A DNA stretch of 55,409 bases from Pseudomonadota bacterium (GCA_043825875.1 JBDRRF010000105.1:1-55409); one strand, 5' to 3'; positions 9,587 through 19,709 are shown, counted from the stretch's first letter. Program-made: numbers and translations. Notes: a model not told the origin generated them from the sequence alone.

Positions 9587-10567
9587 TCATGGCACCTCAA
9601 TCCGCTCAAGAAGTATCCTGATCAAATCGTCACTGCTCTTGCCCTCGGCTTCAGCCTCATAGCTTAATATGATCCGATGCCGAAGAACATCAAAAGCCAT
9701 AGATTTGACATCCTGTGGAGTAACATAGCCTCTTCCCGCAAGAAAGGCATGAGCCCGTGCAGCCATACTCAGCCATATAGACGCCCTGGGAGAAGCTCCG
9801 TAATTTATCATGGGGCCTATTTCCAGTCCATATTCGCCTGGATTACGGGTAGCTCTTGATATATTTACGATATAGTCCGTAATTTTTTCTTCCATATGGA
9901 TTAAGCGGATAATTTTTGTAGCCGATTCCACCTCACTTACTTCTACCACTCCCTGGACTTTTTCCGCTGCCATATCATTTACACGTTCTATTATCTTTTT
10001 TTCTTCTGCTGCTGTAGGATAATCCACTTTTATCTTCAACATAAAACGATCTATCTGCGCTTCGGGAAGTGGATATGTTCCTTCATGTTCAATCGGATTT
10101 TGAGTAGCAATTACTAGAAAGGGCTTTTCAAGTATAAAACTCTTTTCACCGATTGTTACCTGGCGCTCCTGCATAGCTTCCAAAAGGGCACTCTGAACTT
10201 TGGCAGGTGCCCGGTTGATCTCATCCGCCAAAATTATATTATGAAATATCGGGCCTTTTTTGATCTCAAAAGAGCTGTTATCCGGCCGGTAAATCTGTGT
10301 CCCAAGTATATCGGCAGGTAAAAGATCGGGAGTAAACTGTATTCTTTGAAAAGAAGTCTTGATAGCCTCAGCAAGTGTTTTAACCGCTGTTGTTTTGGCC
10401 AACCCCGGAAGCCCTTCCAGAAGAAGATGTCCGTCACATAGCAACCCTATAATCATCTTTTCCAGAAGGTTTTTCTGTCCTACAATAACTTTTTCTACTT
10501 CTGCCAATATTTTTCGAAAAACCAAACTCTTATTTTCGACTTCCAGTGTAATTTCCTGTATATTCAT
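9587..10567 (-). CDS. moxR: MoxR family AAA+ ATPase
   Basis: Walker A GLPGLAKT, RIQFTPDLLPAD, Walker B ADEINR, ATQNPIE; start at MNIQ with AAGGAGG RBS. Confidence 0.95.
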   Translation of the reverse strand: MNIQEITLEVENKSLVFRKILAEVEKVIVGQKNLLEKMIIGLLCDGHLLLEGLPGLAKTTAVKTLAEAIKTSFQRIQFTPDLLPADILGTQIYRPDNSSFEIKKGPIFHNIILADEINRAPAKVQSALLEAMQERQVTIGEKSFILEKPFLVIATQNPIEHEGTYPLPEAQIDRFMLKIKVDYPTAAEEKKIIERVNDMAAEKVQGVVEVSEVESATKIIRLIHMEEKITDYIVNISRATRNPGEYGLEIGPMINYGASPRASIWLSMAARAHAFLAGRGYVTPQDVKSMAFDVLRHRIILSYEAEAEGKSSDDLIRILLERIEVP

Positions 10568-10780
10568 TAACCCTCCTTGCTCATACAAGACAATTTCGTT
10601 AATAGCCGGAACATAACTTTAAACCAAACTCTTTCACACCTGATTCCGAAAAATCCTTTTTAAAAAATATTTAATTTTTTGCTAATAGAAAATCCAACAG
10701 ACATATTGATACAATTTTAATTTTTTTCAACCACTTGTTTTTATAATTTTTAGCTCAAAATTATATTTGAGTAAATCCTT

Positions 10781-10923
10781 GAGCCACTTTCAAAACGTTT
10801 CAGTTTGGTCAAGGTCAAAGCGGGCGAAAATTTTAACCGCAGGAATACATCGAGTATTTCGAGGATTAAAATTTGAGCCCAACGCTTAAGATCTGCCAAA
10901 ATGGGACGTTTTAAAACTGGCTC
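10781..10923. mobile_element. MITE copy 1 (143 bp), 4-bp TSD CCTT
   Basis: TIRs GAGCCACTTTCAAAACG / CGTTTTAAAACTGGCTC; CCTT on both flanks; highly similar to copies at 18194 and 46230. Confidence 0.88.
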
Positions 10924-10928
10924 CCTTG

Positions 10929-11786
10929 TCAGCTATTTTGCTTGAGTTTTCGTCTGATCTTTTCAGGCAAGGCAAACCGGTCCTTGGGCATGTCAATATT
11001 GGTTTTAAATTTTATTATTTCAACATTAAAAATTTTATGCCCACCTGAAATCTGTAATATATTATGAGGTATCAGTATATCATCAACTTTTCTATAATCG
11101 CTAAAATAATTTTCCAGCATATCCTCTTGTGTCAAGGGCCCCTCGCCGGAATTTTCGTTGCTCCTTGAGGTGATAACTTCATCTGTATTGAAATCGATTT
11201 TAGGTGGGAAAATAATAGTTTTTACAACCAAAGAAGTATTCTTATCAAAAAAGTATGTTCTTTGATCCCCTTGAAATGGTATCATTACAATTTTATAACA
11301 CTTTTTCCCGTTAATGTCTTTGGTTCCGGCATATTGTACATCTTTGAAATAAGTTCTCCATAAAAAAAGTGCGTCCGGTGCGTTTTCAATTAAAAAGTTT
11401 GCGCGTTCTTCGCCTTTTAAAATTGTTCCATCAGTTAACGCTTCAATCTTCCAGACGATATCGCCGTTTATCCCGGCTTCTTCGGCGGTTACCGGCATGC
11501 CCATTATATCTATTTTTAGAATGGAATAAAAACGGTTTGGTCTTTGTTTATAACGAGTGACATTACACTCTGTATTGTTCCGATAAAGCTTTATTTTCAT
11601 TTCCGTTATACTATTATAGATTTTTTCACGTGCTTTCTTTCCACCAGTGGCTTCAATGTACTTATCAATAATTTGTTCGGCGCTGAGCTCTGTCTCTATG
11701 CCATGTGCAGGCCTGCCGTATTGAAATAGAAAACAGGAAATAAGTAAAATAAGTATTATTGAAAGTCTTCTTATTTTTGTTTTCAT
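10929..11786 (-). CDS. exported protein, LolA-like / outer-membrane lipoprotein-sorting family
   Basis: Signal peptide; AEQIIDKYIEATGG N-terminal motif and FSDYRKVD-ILIPH C-terminal motif; AAGGAG RBS. Confidence 0.65.
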   Translation of the reverse strand: MKTKIRRLSIILILLISCFLFQYGRPAHGIETELSAEQIIDKYIEATGGKKAREKIYNSITEMKIKLYRNNTECNVTRYKQRPNRFYSILKIDIMGMPVTAEEAGINGDIVWKIEALTDGTILKGEERANFLIENAPDALFLWRTYFKDVQYAGTKDINGKKCYKIVMIPFQGDQRTYFFDKNTSLVVKTIIFPPKIDFNTDEVITSRSNENSGEGPLTQEDMLENYFSDYRKVDDILIPHNILQISGGHKIFNVEIIKFKTNIDMPKDRFALPEKIRRKLKQNS

Positions 11787-12015
11787 CGTTATTCTCCTTT
11801 CTTCTTAACCATTTTATGATCCTCCTTTGATTTCGAAAACTTAAATAACTTTAATATTCCAGTAATTTAATATTTTTTCAATCACCCGTTGGTATGATTT
11901 ATAGGGTGATTTTGAAATTAAAAAGGCGTGCTGTAGACTTGCTGAAACATTATAAGTTGTTTAGGAAACAGAGGTAGGCTACTTTAGAAAATATATACTA
12001 AATATTTGGAAGCAT

Positions 12016-14007
12016 TTATCCCATAAATACGGAAAGAACATCTTTTCTCGCATTAACATGCATTATAGTTACCTGAATGAGATCTTCCGGTTTTAAATCT
12101 ATACCGCTTGAAGATGGAAGTTCGCATTCTATCATATATTCAGGTATAAGTATCTGGTAACTTCTCCTTCTTTTAGCAAGAACTATGGCTTCTTCTTTCT
12201 GCCCGGTTCTTGATTCAAGGTATTTTAAAAGCCAATAACGGTTTCGCCTGAACTGGGTATTTAGAACATTTGTCATAGGTTTTTCAACAAGCTGTATAAT
12301 TTTGTCTATTTCTTCGAATGTATGTGGAGTATCTATACCGCAAATCGCCCTTATCTGGCGCTGGGTTATAAGATCATAATATTTTCTTATTGGAGAAGTA
12401 GCAGTAACATAGCAATCAAGACCAAGCCCTGAATGGCGCTGCGGAACTGAACCAAGAGTAAACCTGCTTAAAAACCGTCTTTGCATATAATTCTGAAACA
12501 AAGAACCATCTTCCCCTTTGTAAAGCCGCTGCTTTGCATCTGGCTGCGCCCTGAAAATTGCAGGAGTATTGTTTTGGGCAAGAAATTTAGCCATAAGCCA
12601 GTTTGCCATAATCATTATCTCAGATATCATCATCCTTCCGGGACTTTCTCTGTTTATTTTGTTTATTGTTATCACCCGGTTTACATCTACCCAAACATTG
12701 ATATCAGGCATAGTAATATAAACCGCCCCTGAATCCAGCCTTGCCCGGCGGAATTTTTTGGCCAGATCGTATAGAATAGATATTTCCTTATTTCCGTCTA
12801 TACAAGTATTTGCATCATAATATGTCATCTGGCGCTTTACTCTGATAAAAGAAGGAAAAATTTCGTAATCGATAATATCGGCTGTGGGCCTTATGTTTAC
12901 CATAATACTTATACAGGGGCGTATTTCCCCTTCTTTAAGGCTGCAAATATCTTCTGCAATAACAGAGGGAAGCATGGGTATTTTTTGGTCAGGCATATAA
13001 ATCGAACTTGCCCGGATAATCGCCTCAGTGTCAATAGCATCACCCTTCTTAACATATTGAGCAACATCTGCTATGTGAATACCAAGGCTATAATAGCCGC
13101 CCTTATCCTCAATACTTATTGCATCGTCAAAATCAAGGGTAGACTGCCCGTCAATTGTAATTACTGAAAGACCCGTAAGATCTTTTCGCTTATCGTGTAA
13201 TAAACAAATATCGGGAAGGGATTTTATTTCTTCAAGTCTGCCTGACAAAGTATCGGGAAAAGAGATGGGAACCCCCAGCCTGTGAAGATCTATGTTTTCG
13301 TCTTCATCGAATATGCCAAGTGCTACAAAAAGCCGGAAAAGCTCATCGTCCGGTTCTAATCCAGCTTTTTTTAAAATTGCTTTCGCTGTTTGATAATGAC
13401 TGCTCTCTTTTCCCCATAAATACGCTGATTTTAAAATCTCTGCGAATTTGCTTGTATCACCATTTAAGCTGCCTTTTGCAAAAGGCTTATTAACAGCGCT
13501 TCTTACCCAAAGCCCGGCTTCTTCTATTAGTTTGTTTATCAGGACAGTTTCTATTTCTCTTGCTTCTATCTGTTCAACCGTTTGTTCGGAATTAGGGAAA
13601 AACCTGTCAGAATCAAACTTGAAATACATTCTATTATTAAAAAACGCCCTGATAACCGCAGACTCGTGATCACATGTAGGATTATCAGGATAACAGAAAT
13701 GCGTCATAGTAGGAAGGTCTATCCATTCATGTTCCGATTTTAATTTTTCCCATAACTCTTTGATATTTATATTATTAATAAGCGTTTTGCGCCTGTTTGA
13801 AATTTCTTTAAGGGCATTAACCATTTTGTTTCTACCCATAGACATGTCAAGTTGCACCTTACCCTTATGGGAAAGACGCTGAATGGGTACATTAATTTCC
13901 CGATTTGCTTCGGTTAATAGTTTGAGCCTATGATTTTTAATTTCCAGTACAACCGCACAAATAATTTTCTGCAAGTCTATATATTCAACTATATTTCCTG
14001 ATTCCAT
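12016..14007 (-). CDS. RNB-domain exoribonuclease (RNase II/R family)
   Basis: TIDGQSTLDFDDAIS catalytic motif, HIADV, HSGLG, TSPIRKYYDL. Confidence 0.93.
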   Translation of the reverse strand: MESGNIVEYIDLQKIICAVVLEIKNHRLKLLTEANREINVPIQRLSHKGKVQLDMSMGRNKMVNALKEISNRRKTLINNINIKELWEKLKSEHEWIDLPTMTHFCYPDNPTCDHESAVIRAFFNNRMYFKFDSDRFFPNSEQTVEQIEAREIETVLINKLIEEAGLWVRSAVNKPFAKGSLNGDTSKFAEILKSAYLWGKESSHYQTAKAILKKAGLEPDDELFRLFVALGIFDEDENIDLHRLGVPISFPDTLSGRLEEIKSLPDICLLHDKRKDLTGLSVITIDGQSTLDFDDAISIEDKGGYYSLGIHIADVAQYVKKGDAIDTEAIIRASSIYMPDQKIPMLPSVIAEDICSLKEGEIRPCISIMVNIRPTADIIDYEIFPSFIRVKRQMTYYDANTCIDGNKEISILYDLAKKFRRARLDSGAVYITMPDINVWVDVNRVITINKINRESPGRMMISEIMIMANWLMAKFLAQNNTPAIFRAQPDAKQRLYKGEDGSLFQNYMQRRFLSRFTLGSVPQRHSGLGLDCYVTATSPIRKYYDLITQRQIRAICGIDTPHTFEEIDKIIQLVEKPMTNVLNTQFRRNRYWLLKYLESRTGQKEEAIVLAKRRRSYQILIPEYMIECELPSSSGIDLKPEDLIQVTIMHVNARKDVLSVFMG

Positions 14008-14013
14008 GAGGTT

Positions 14014-14042
14014 ATAATAGCAATCAGGCAGTTCAAAGTCAA
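14014..14042 (-). promoter_or_regulatory. sigma-70 promoter, probably leaderless, for the RNB gene
   Basis: TTGACT-17 bp-(TGc)TATTAT then 6 nt to ATG; no Shine-Dalgarno. Confidence 0.6.
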
Positions 14043-14107
14043 TTAGCTTCTTGCAGTGATTTGTAGGTATATTTTCTTAAACATTATAGTGGCATGCTAT
14101 TTAATTC

Positions 14108-14136
14108 TTGACCTAAGAGGCTATTTTCCTTATTAT
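14108..14136 (+). promoter_or_regulatory. possible sigma-70 promoter for the cyclase-like gene
   Basis: TTGACC-17 bp-TATTAT. Confidence 0.45.
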
Positions 14137-14217
14137 TCTGCTAACAAAATAAGCAAGCCCTTTACATTTTTAGCCTCACTAAACATTTTTATAATGGTTA
14201 AAGGATAAAATTGGCTC

Positions 14218-16536
14218 ATGTTCGGTTTGTCACAAAACTTATTAAAGTTGCCATCTCTTAGCGTTTTTCCCCTCAAATATTATACTGCCAGTTTCTCTCT
14301 CGATCAATTGGTACCGGGAGTTGATAATATACGATATGATGTTTTGATAAGTTCTGTATTTATTAATGACACCCGCAAATTAATCAATCGGTTGATGTCA
14401 CATCATGCCGGGGTCGAAAAAAAAGGAGTTGGATCATCTTCAGGCGAATGGAGCATAGAAGTAGAAAATTATAAGCAGATTTATAAAGAACTGATGCTTG
14501 ACGCCATAAACAATGCTAAACTTAACAAACGGATTTCTGTAGTATATCTGGCTCAATCAACCATGCTTAAAATACTGCTTGATGAAATCAGAACACAGTA
14601 TGACATTCTAATAAATCAACTTAAAAAAACCGTACAACAGACCAATCTTTCCATATTTGACTATACTAATCCTGAAGAATCAATTGATTATAGGGGAAAC
14701 CTGCGGAAGATCCATTTAGATCGTGATACTATCGAACAGAAGGTTTGCAAGGAAATATGCGGATTCTGGGCTGAAATTGAACAAAACGACATTCAACCAA
14801 TGCTTGAATCTATATTTGGCGATGACTCAAAGCTTTTCGAAAATCTTCTCACCAATCCCATCCTGCATTCTCAGCAATATGATAATGCATTTATAATGCT
14901 TAACGAATACGATTTATGCCTTGGCCGTCGTGCCAATGATCCTGATAAATATGAAAAGCTGATCTTTCTTGTTCATCAAATACTCAGTGCTATCGGCTTA
15001 AATGATTCCGTTTCTTCCCCTGTAACAATCGAACAGCGTTTGAACCCGCTTATTGAAGATAAAGATGAAGTTTTAAATAACCGCCACGCCTACGCTGAAA
15101 AAAATGAGGGAATAATTCAATATCCTGAAAACATGGATTTGCTTTTCAACTGGCGGCGGACAAAAGTCAATTACAAGAACTCAAAAAAGCAAAAAGCCCC
15201 CCATGACGAGCTTATACAGCTGAAAAAACTCATTAAAAATGAAAAGAAACTATTGCATTATCTATATAAGAAATTCAAACGAAAAGGATTGATCGAGATT
15301 ATTTCTGCATCATATGGAATGCAACCGGAACATCAGAAATACTGCCCTCCTCTTAAACCCCAACAGATCGTACAGTATGTGATCTCAACAAAGGCGCGTA
15401 AAATCATAAAAAAAAGACTTAAAAGAATGAACAAGGACTACGGGCAATCCATTTCTCTTCGTCCACTAAATAAAAAAATTAAAGCACTTCAAAACACAAC
15501 CGCATCCCAGCACAAAATTTTTCTTCTCCGTTTTATTAAAGCTTTTTCCCGTTATCATCGGGATGTATGTAATTTCAGATTAATCCATGAATGCATGGAG
15601 CAGGTGAATATCGCCATAGACGATAAGATCATAAACCTTTCGCGGGCGAACAATACTTTATATCAATTCCTGTTGCCCCACGAGCGGCCTCCGGAAAAGG
15701 CAACTATTACAAACCATGCGGTAATAAAAGCTGATTTGCGGGGATCTACAGATATCACCCACCGGATGATCGAGCGCGGTTTGAATCCAGCCTCATTTTT
15801 CAGCCTGAACTTTTTTGATCCAATATCTGACATTCTTTCCGAGTATGATGCAACAAAAAACTTTATCGAAGGCGATGCTGTAATTTTATCGATATTTGAG
15901 TACGAAAATGCGCCAGCCGGCTGGTTCAGTGTCTCAAAAGCATGCTGTATTGCTCTTAATATATTAACAATTATCAAGCGGTATAATGAAAAAAGTGCGA
16001 AATTTCAACTTCCTATTCTTGAACTTGGCATAGGTGTAAGTTATTCAAATACAGTCCCGACCTTTCTTTTCGACCGTGATAATCGTATCATGATTTCATC
16101 AGCAATAAACCAGGCAGATCGTTTATCAAGATGTTCTAAAGCAGGCTTGCAATTCTTTGCTGACAAGAATAATCTTTTTAATATTTACGTTTTTCAAACT
16201 ATCGATGATAACAATATTAATGATACCACTGATGATATTTTCATAAGGTATAATATCAATGGCATTGAGTTAAATGAAAAAGGTTTTGAAAAACTTTCCA
16301 ATGAAATTGACTTAAAGCCTTTGCAAGGCAGTTTTGACGATATAATTAAAGTTAAATCGAATTTTTATACCGGCAAACTACCAACAAAAAGTGGCTATTA
16401 TCAACGCTTATTAATACGTGAAGCTCAGATTCCAATTATTGATCCGGCCACATTTGAGATAAAAAGCATATCCTCCCACAAATATTACGAAGTATGCACC
16501 CATCCAAAGCTTTATGAATGGGCAAATAAGACCTGA
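14218..16536 (+). CDS. large soluble protein with C-terminal class III nucleotidyl cyclase-like domain
   Basis: KADLRGST, FIEGDAV, LGIGVS, SSAINQADRL motifs in the order expected for class III cyclases; ~490-aa helical N-terminus of unknown family. Confidence 0.75.
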   Translation: MFGLSQNLLKLPSLSVFPLKYYTASFSLDQLVPGVDNIRYDVLISSVFINDTRKLINRLMSHHAGVEKKGVGSSSGEWSIEVENYKQIYKELMLDAINNAKLNKRISVVYLAQSTMLKILLDEIRTQYDILINQLKKTVQQTNLSIFDYTNPEESIDYRGNLRKIHLDRDTIEQKVCKEICGFWAEIEQNDIQPMLESIFGDDSKLFENLLTNPILHSQQYDNAFIMLNEYDLCLGRRANDPDKYEKLIFLVHQILSAIGLNDSVSSPVTIEQRLNPLIEDKDEVLNNRHAYAEKNEGIIQYPENMDLLFNWRRTKVNYKNSKKQKAPHDELIQLKKLIKNEKKLLHYLYKKFKRKGLIEIISASYGMQPEHQKYCPPLKPQQIVQYVISTKARKIIKKRLKRMNKDYGQSISLRPLNKKIKALQNTTASQHKIFLLRFIKAFSRYHRDVCNFRLIHECMEQVNIAIDDKIINLSRANNTLYQFLLPHERPPEKATITNHAVIKADLRGSTDITHRMIERGLNPASFFSLNFFDPISDILSEYDATKNFIEGDAVILSIFEYENAPAGWFSVSKACCIALNILTIIKRYNEKSAKFQLPILELGIGVSYSNTVPTFLFDRDNRIMISSAINQADRLSRCSKAGLQFFADKNNLFNIYVFQTIDDNNINDTTDDIFIRYNINGIELNEKGFEKLSNEIDLKPLQGSFDDIIKVKSNFYTGKLPTKSGYYQRLLIREAQIPIIDPATFEIKSISSHKYYEVCTHPKLYEWANKT

Positions 16537-16554
16537 AAAACTTTTCTTATTTTT

Positions 16555-18171
16555 CTAATAACCCGAGAGTGAACGAATAACAGCTTCGGCAGCCATAATT
16601 CCGTCTACAGCCGAACTAACTATTCCTCCCGCATAACCTGCTCCTTCTCCTGAAGGGAAAAGGCCGGCTGTACTTACTGATTCACCCGATTCATTGCGCA
16701 GGATTCGATAAGGGCTTGAACTTCTTGTTTCAGCGGCATAAAGAAGAACTTCTTCCGGCACAATACCTTTCATGAAACTTAACATTTTTGGAATAGCGGC
16801 TGTTAGGGTTTCGCAGATAAAATCCGGAAGTATATTATGCAGGTCAGCAGGCCGCGATCTTTTCCAGGATCTGTTATTCGGAATAGTATATAGGTATTTT
16901 TTTGATAGAAACCCTGAAAGAGTCGCAACAGGAAGAGAATAATCACTTCCTCCTTCGGCATATGCAAGGCGTTCTATTTTTTCCTGAAACTCTATTCCGG
17001 AAAGAAAAGCACTAGTTTTATCAACATACACCGGATAATCAGTTGGATCAACAGGTACGAGAAATGCAGCATTGCCGAAATTGCCCGATCTTTTAGAAAG
17101 ACTCATTCCGTTTGTGGTTAATGCTCCATGTGATGATGCACAAGGAATAACTGTACCGCCGGGACACATGCAAAATGTATAGCATGCGCGGTGCAAATTA
17201 TCATTTTTGGAAGTTAAGCGAAAAGATGCCGCTCCGAGACGCGGATGCCCTGCAAAGCGGCCCCATTGCACACGGTTTATGCTCTGCTGGGAAAGCTCAA
17301 GACGCACTCCTGCGGCAAATGGTTTCGGTTCAAGCATAACAGAAGATTGTGCAAGCATTGCGTAAATATCTCTAGCACTGTGTCCATTTGCAAGTATGCA
17401 GTGGCCTGTTTCAATTTCTTTTCCGTTAACAACAATGCCTGCAAGCTTGTCCTTTTCAATATAGAGGCTTTCCAGCCGGGAATTAAATCGTACTTCTCCA
17501 CCATTAACTTCAATAAGCCTTCTAAAGGATTGCACGATTTTTCTTAGCATGTCACTTCCAAGATGTGGTTCCGCATCAACCAGGATATCTTCTGCTGCTC
17601 CACATTTTACAAGGGTTTGAAGAAATATTTGTGTTGCCGCCCTGTTCTTGCTTCGTGAAGTAAGCTTTCCGTCAGAAAAAAGACCGGCTCCTCCTTCACC
17701 GAAAAGGACATTGCTTTCGGTATTAAGGTTTCCTTTTTTCCAGAATTGGGAAACCTGTAAAGTTCGTTCTTTAACAGGGCTCCCACGTTCAATTAAAAGC
17801 GGAGAAAGTCCTGCTTCTGCCAGTACTAGCGCTGCCATCAATCCGGAAGGTCCGGCACCAACTACAACAACGGGAGTTTTTGGTTTTCTTGATATTTTTC
17901 TGATATCGGATTCAGATAAAGCTGCCTCTTTGATGTGTTCTATATCAACATCAACCGGAAGTACAAAACCGCTTAAGCTTTTGATTTCAATTTCTGCTGT
18001 AAATGAAAATACGGGAGCTTCCCTGCGCTTGCGTGCATCAATAGATCTTCGGATAATTTTTACATCAGAGATATCATCTTCACTGCATCCAAGTTTTGCA
18101 GCAACAGCTGTTTTGATATCTTTATATTCATAATCGAGAGGAAGTAAAAGCTGGCGGATTTTTATGCGCAT
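16555..18171 (-). CDS. FAD-dependent oxidoreductase (uncharacterised dehydrogenase family)
   Basis: VVGAGPSG Rossmann motif, FGEGGAGLFSDGKL, FCMCPGG, GEGAGYAGGIVSSAVDG. Confidence 0.9.
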   Translation of the reverse strand: MRIKIRQLLLPLDYEYKDIKTAVAAKLGCSEDDISDVKIIRRSIDARKRREAPVFSFTAEIEIKSLSGFVLPVDVDIEHIKEAALSESDIRKISRKPKTPVVVVGAGPSGLMAALVLAEAGLSPLLIERGSPVKERTLQVSQFWKKGNLNTESNVLFGEGGAGLFSDGKLTSRSKNRAATQIFLQTLVKCGAAEDILVDAEPHLGSDMLRKIVQSFRRLIEVNGGEVRFNSRLESLYIEKDKLAGIVVNGKEIETGHCILANGHSARDIYAMLAQSSVMLEPKPFAAGVRLELSQQSINRVQWGRFAGHPRLGAASFRLTSKNDNLHRACYTFCMCPGGTVIPCASSHGALTTNGMSLSKRSGNFGNAAFLVPVDPTDYPVYVDKTSAFLSGIEFQEKIERLAYAEGGSDYSLPVATLSGFLSKKYLYTIPNNRSWKRSRPADLHNILPDFICETLTAAIPKMLSFMKGIVPEEVLLYAAETRSSSPYRILRNESGESVSTAGLFPSGEGAGYAGGIVSSAVDGIMAAEAVIRSLSGY

Positions 18172-18193
18172 ATATTATTTTGTTTTATAAAAA

Positions 18194-18335
18194 GAGCCAC
18201 TTTCAAAACGTTTCAGTTTGGTCAAGCTCAAGGCGGGAGAAAATTTCAACCGCAGGAATACATTTAGTATTTCGAGGATTGAAATTTGAGCCCAACACAG
18301 AGATCGGCCAAAATGGGGCGTTTTGAAACTGGCTC
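18194..18335. mobile_element. MITE copy 2 (142 bp)
   Basis: TIRs match 16/17; flanks AAAA / AACA (degenerate TSD). Confidence 0.88.
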
Positions 18336-18493
18336 AACAGTTTATTGCAATGTTTAAGAACTTATGTGTAAATCTCAGTAAGAACTTATCAGAATTTAAT
18401 TTGATGAAATAAGGCATAACGTTTTATCCAATCGCAAGAAGCCCGCTCCATATGGATTGAATAATGCTGAAGACACATCATATCCCTAACTTA

Positions 18494-18623
18494 GTACAGA
18501 GTTTCATAACTTTGGTTGCGTATTTGTCATTTCGAACAAAGTGAGAAATCTTAATAGATGTAAGAGGCGGTATAAGATATCTCCCTTCGGTCGATATGAC
18601 ACCGAAATTATGAAATGGAGTAC
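18494..18623. repeat. 130-bp palindromic element (MITE-like ends, REP-like core)
   Basis: Ends GTAC-N4-TTTCATAA / TTATGAAA-N4-GTAC flanked by TTA on both sides; core TGTCATTTCGAAC...GAGAAATCTTA...TAAGATATCTC...TCGATATGACA. Confidence 0.7.
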
Positions 18624-18785
18624 TTAGTCCTAAATCTTGCGATTTCTTTGTATTGACATATCTACCATAACATGCTTTATTCAAAACAAATTTGATCTAT
18701 ATTTTATTCCGTATTCAATATTTTTTACGGCTATTATATGCCGACTTAAAATTAAATCAACCCTGATATTAACACAGTGGAAGTA

Positions 18786-19697
18786 TCACTTATCAATTTT
18801 CTTGCGCCGGGCAGCCTGGTTTAAATTCTGCTTACGGGTTTTCATATGTTTTACTACCGGCTTCCGGTATAGCTTTATGTGGTGTTCCTCAATAACAATC
18901 ATCCCTTTTTTATACAATCCGCCAATGGCATTTTTATATCTTTTTTTGCTGGCGCTAAATAGCCTGTAGATTTCTTCCGGTGAACTTTTATCTGATACTT
19001 CGAGGCTTCCGCCATTTTCTTTTAAAATATTTAGAATACTTTGTGATAAATCATCAAAAGCCTGGGCACTGTGCTTTTGAAGGCAAAGATCAATCTTGCC
19101 GTCTTCTCTGATCTTTTTAATAAAACCCTTTACATTTTGCCCTTGCTCCAGGGTCTGAAATACTTCATTCTTATACAAAACACCCACATGAGTTTTGTTA
19201 ATAATTGTTTTAAAACCCAAAGGTGTTGTCTCACCTATAATTAGATCAACAGGTTGGCCCTCTTTGAAATTGACAGTCAGTTTTGACAAAAACTTATCTA
19301 TTCTGGATGAAGCTGCTATTTGGTTCTTTTTATCATTGTAAACAAACACGACATAGGACTGCCCCTGTTTCATGTGCTTCTTCTGTTCCGGAACCGGAAC
19401 GCGCAGGGTCTGCTTTAAACCCCAGTCCATAAAAGCTCCATAGGAGTTGGATACTTCCACCTTCAGCAAAGCAAACTGACCTGCCACGGCATAGGGCTTT
19501 TTAGTTGTGGCAGTCATTTTGGCTTTTGAATCGATATATATAAATACTTCGATGTTATCTTTTACCTTGCAATGTGCAGGGGCTTCTTTTTCGGAAATCA
19601 ATATCTCCCCGAGTGTACCACCGTCTAAGATTATGCCGGATCTCACAACTTTAATAATCTTGAGGGTGTTTATTTTCCCTAATTCAACCATTTTCAT
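18786..19697 (-). CDS. cvfB: CvfB family S1 RNA-binding protein
   Basis: GAFMDWGL, ASSRIDKFL, KIREDGKIDL, SDKSSPEEI...KNAIGGLYK winged-helix end. Confidence 0.9.
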   Translation of the reverse strand: MKMVELGKINTLKIIKVVRSGIILDGGTLGEILISEKEAPAHCKVKDNIEVFIYIDSKAKMTATTKKPYAVAGQFALLKVEVSNSYGAFMDWGLKQTLRVPVPEQKKHMKQGQSYVVFVYNDKKNQIAASSRIDKFLSKLTVNFKEGQPVDLIIGETTPLGFKTIINKTHVGVLYKNEVFQTLEQGQNVKGFIKKIREDGKIDLCLQKHSAQAFDDLSQSILNILKENGGSLEVSDKSSPEEIYRLFSASKKRYKNAIGGLYKKGMIVIEEHHIKLYRKPVVKHMKTRKQNLNQAARRKKIDK

Positions 19698-19709
19698 TTT
19701 TCCTTAATT

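Noticed and set aside
11876..11917. Imperfect inverted repeat TTTCAATCACCC...GGGTGATTTTGAAA
   Set aside because: Long loop and single occurrence; cannot tell terminator from operator or chance
14218..16536. Pycsar or CBASS defence system call
   Set aside because: No TM, TIR or cNMP-binding effector adjacent; motifs are class III-like, not CD-NTase
18478..18684. 68-aa ORF, and similarly 30442-30675
   Set aside because: Both are translations through the palindromic repeat core, with no other coding evidence
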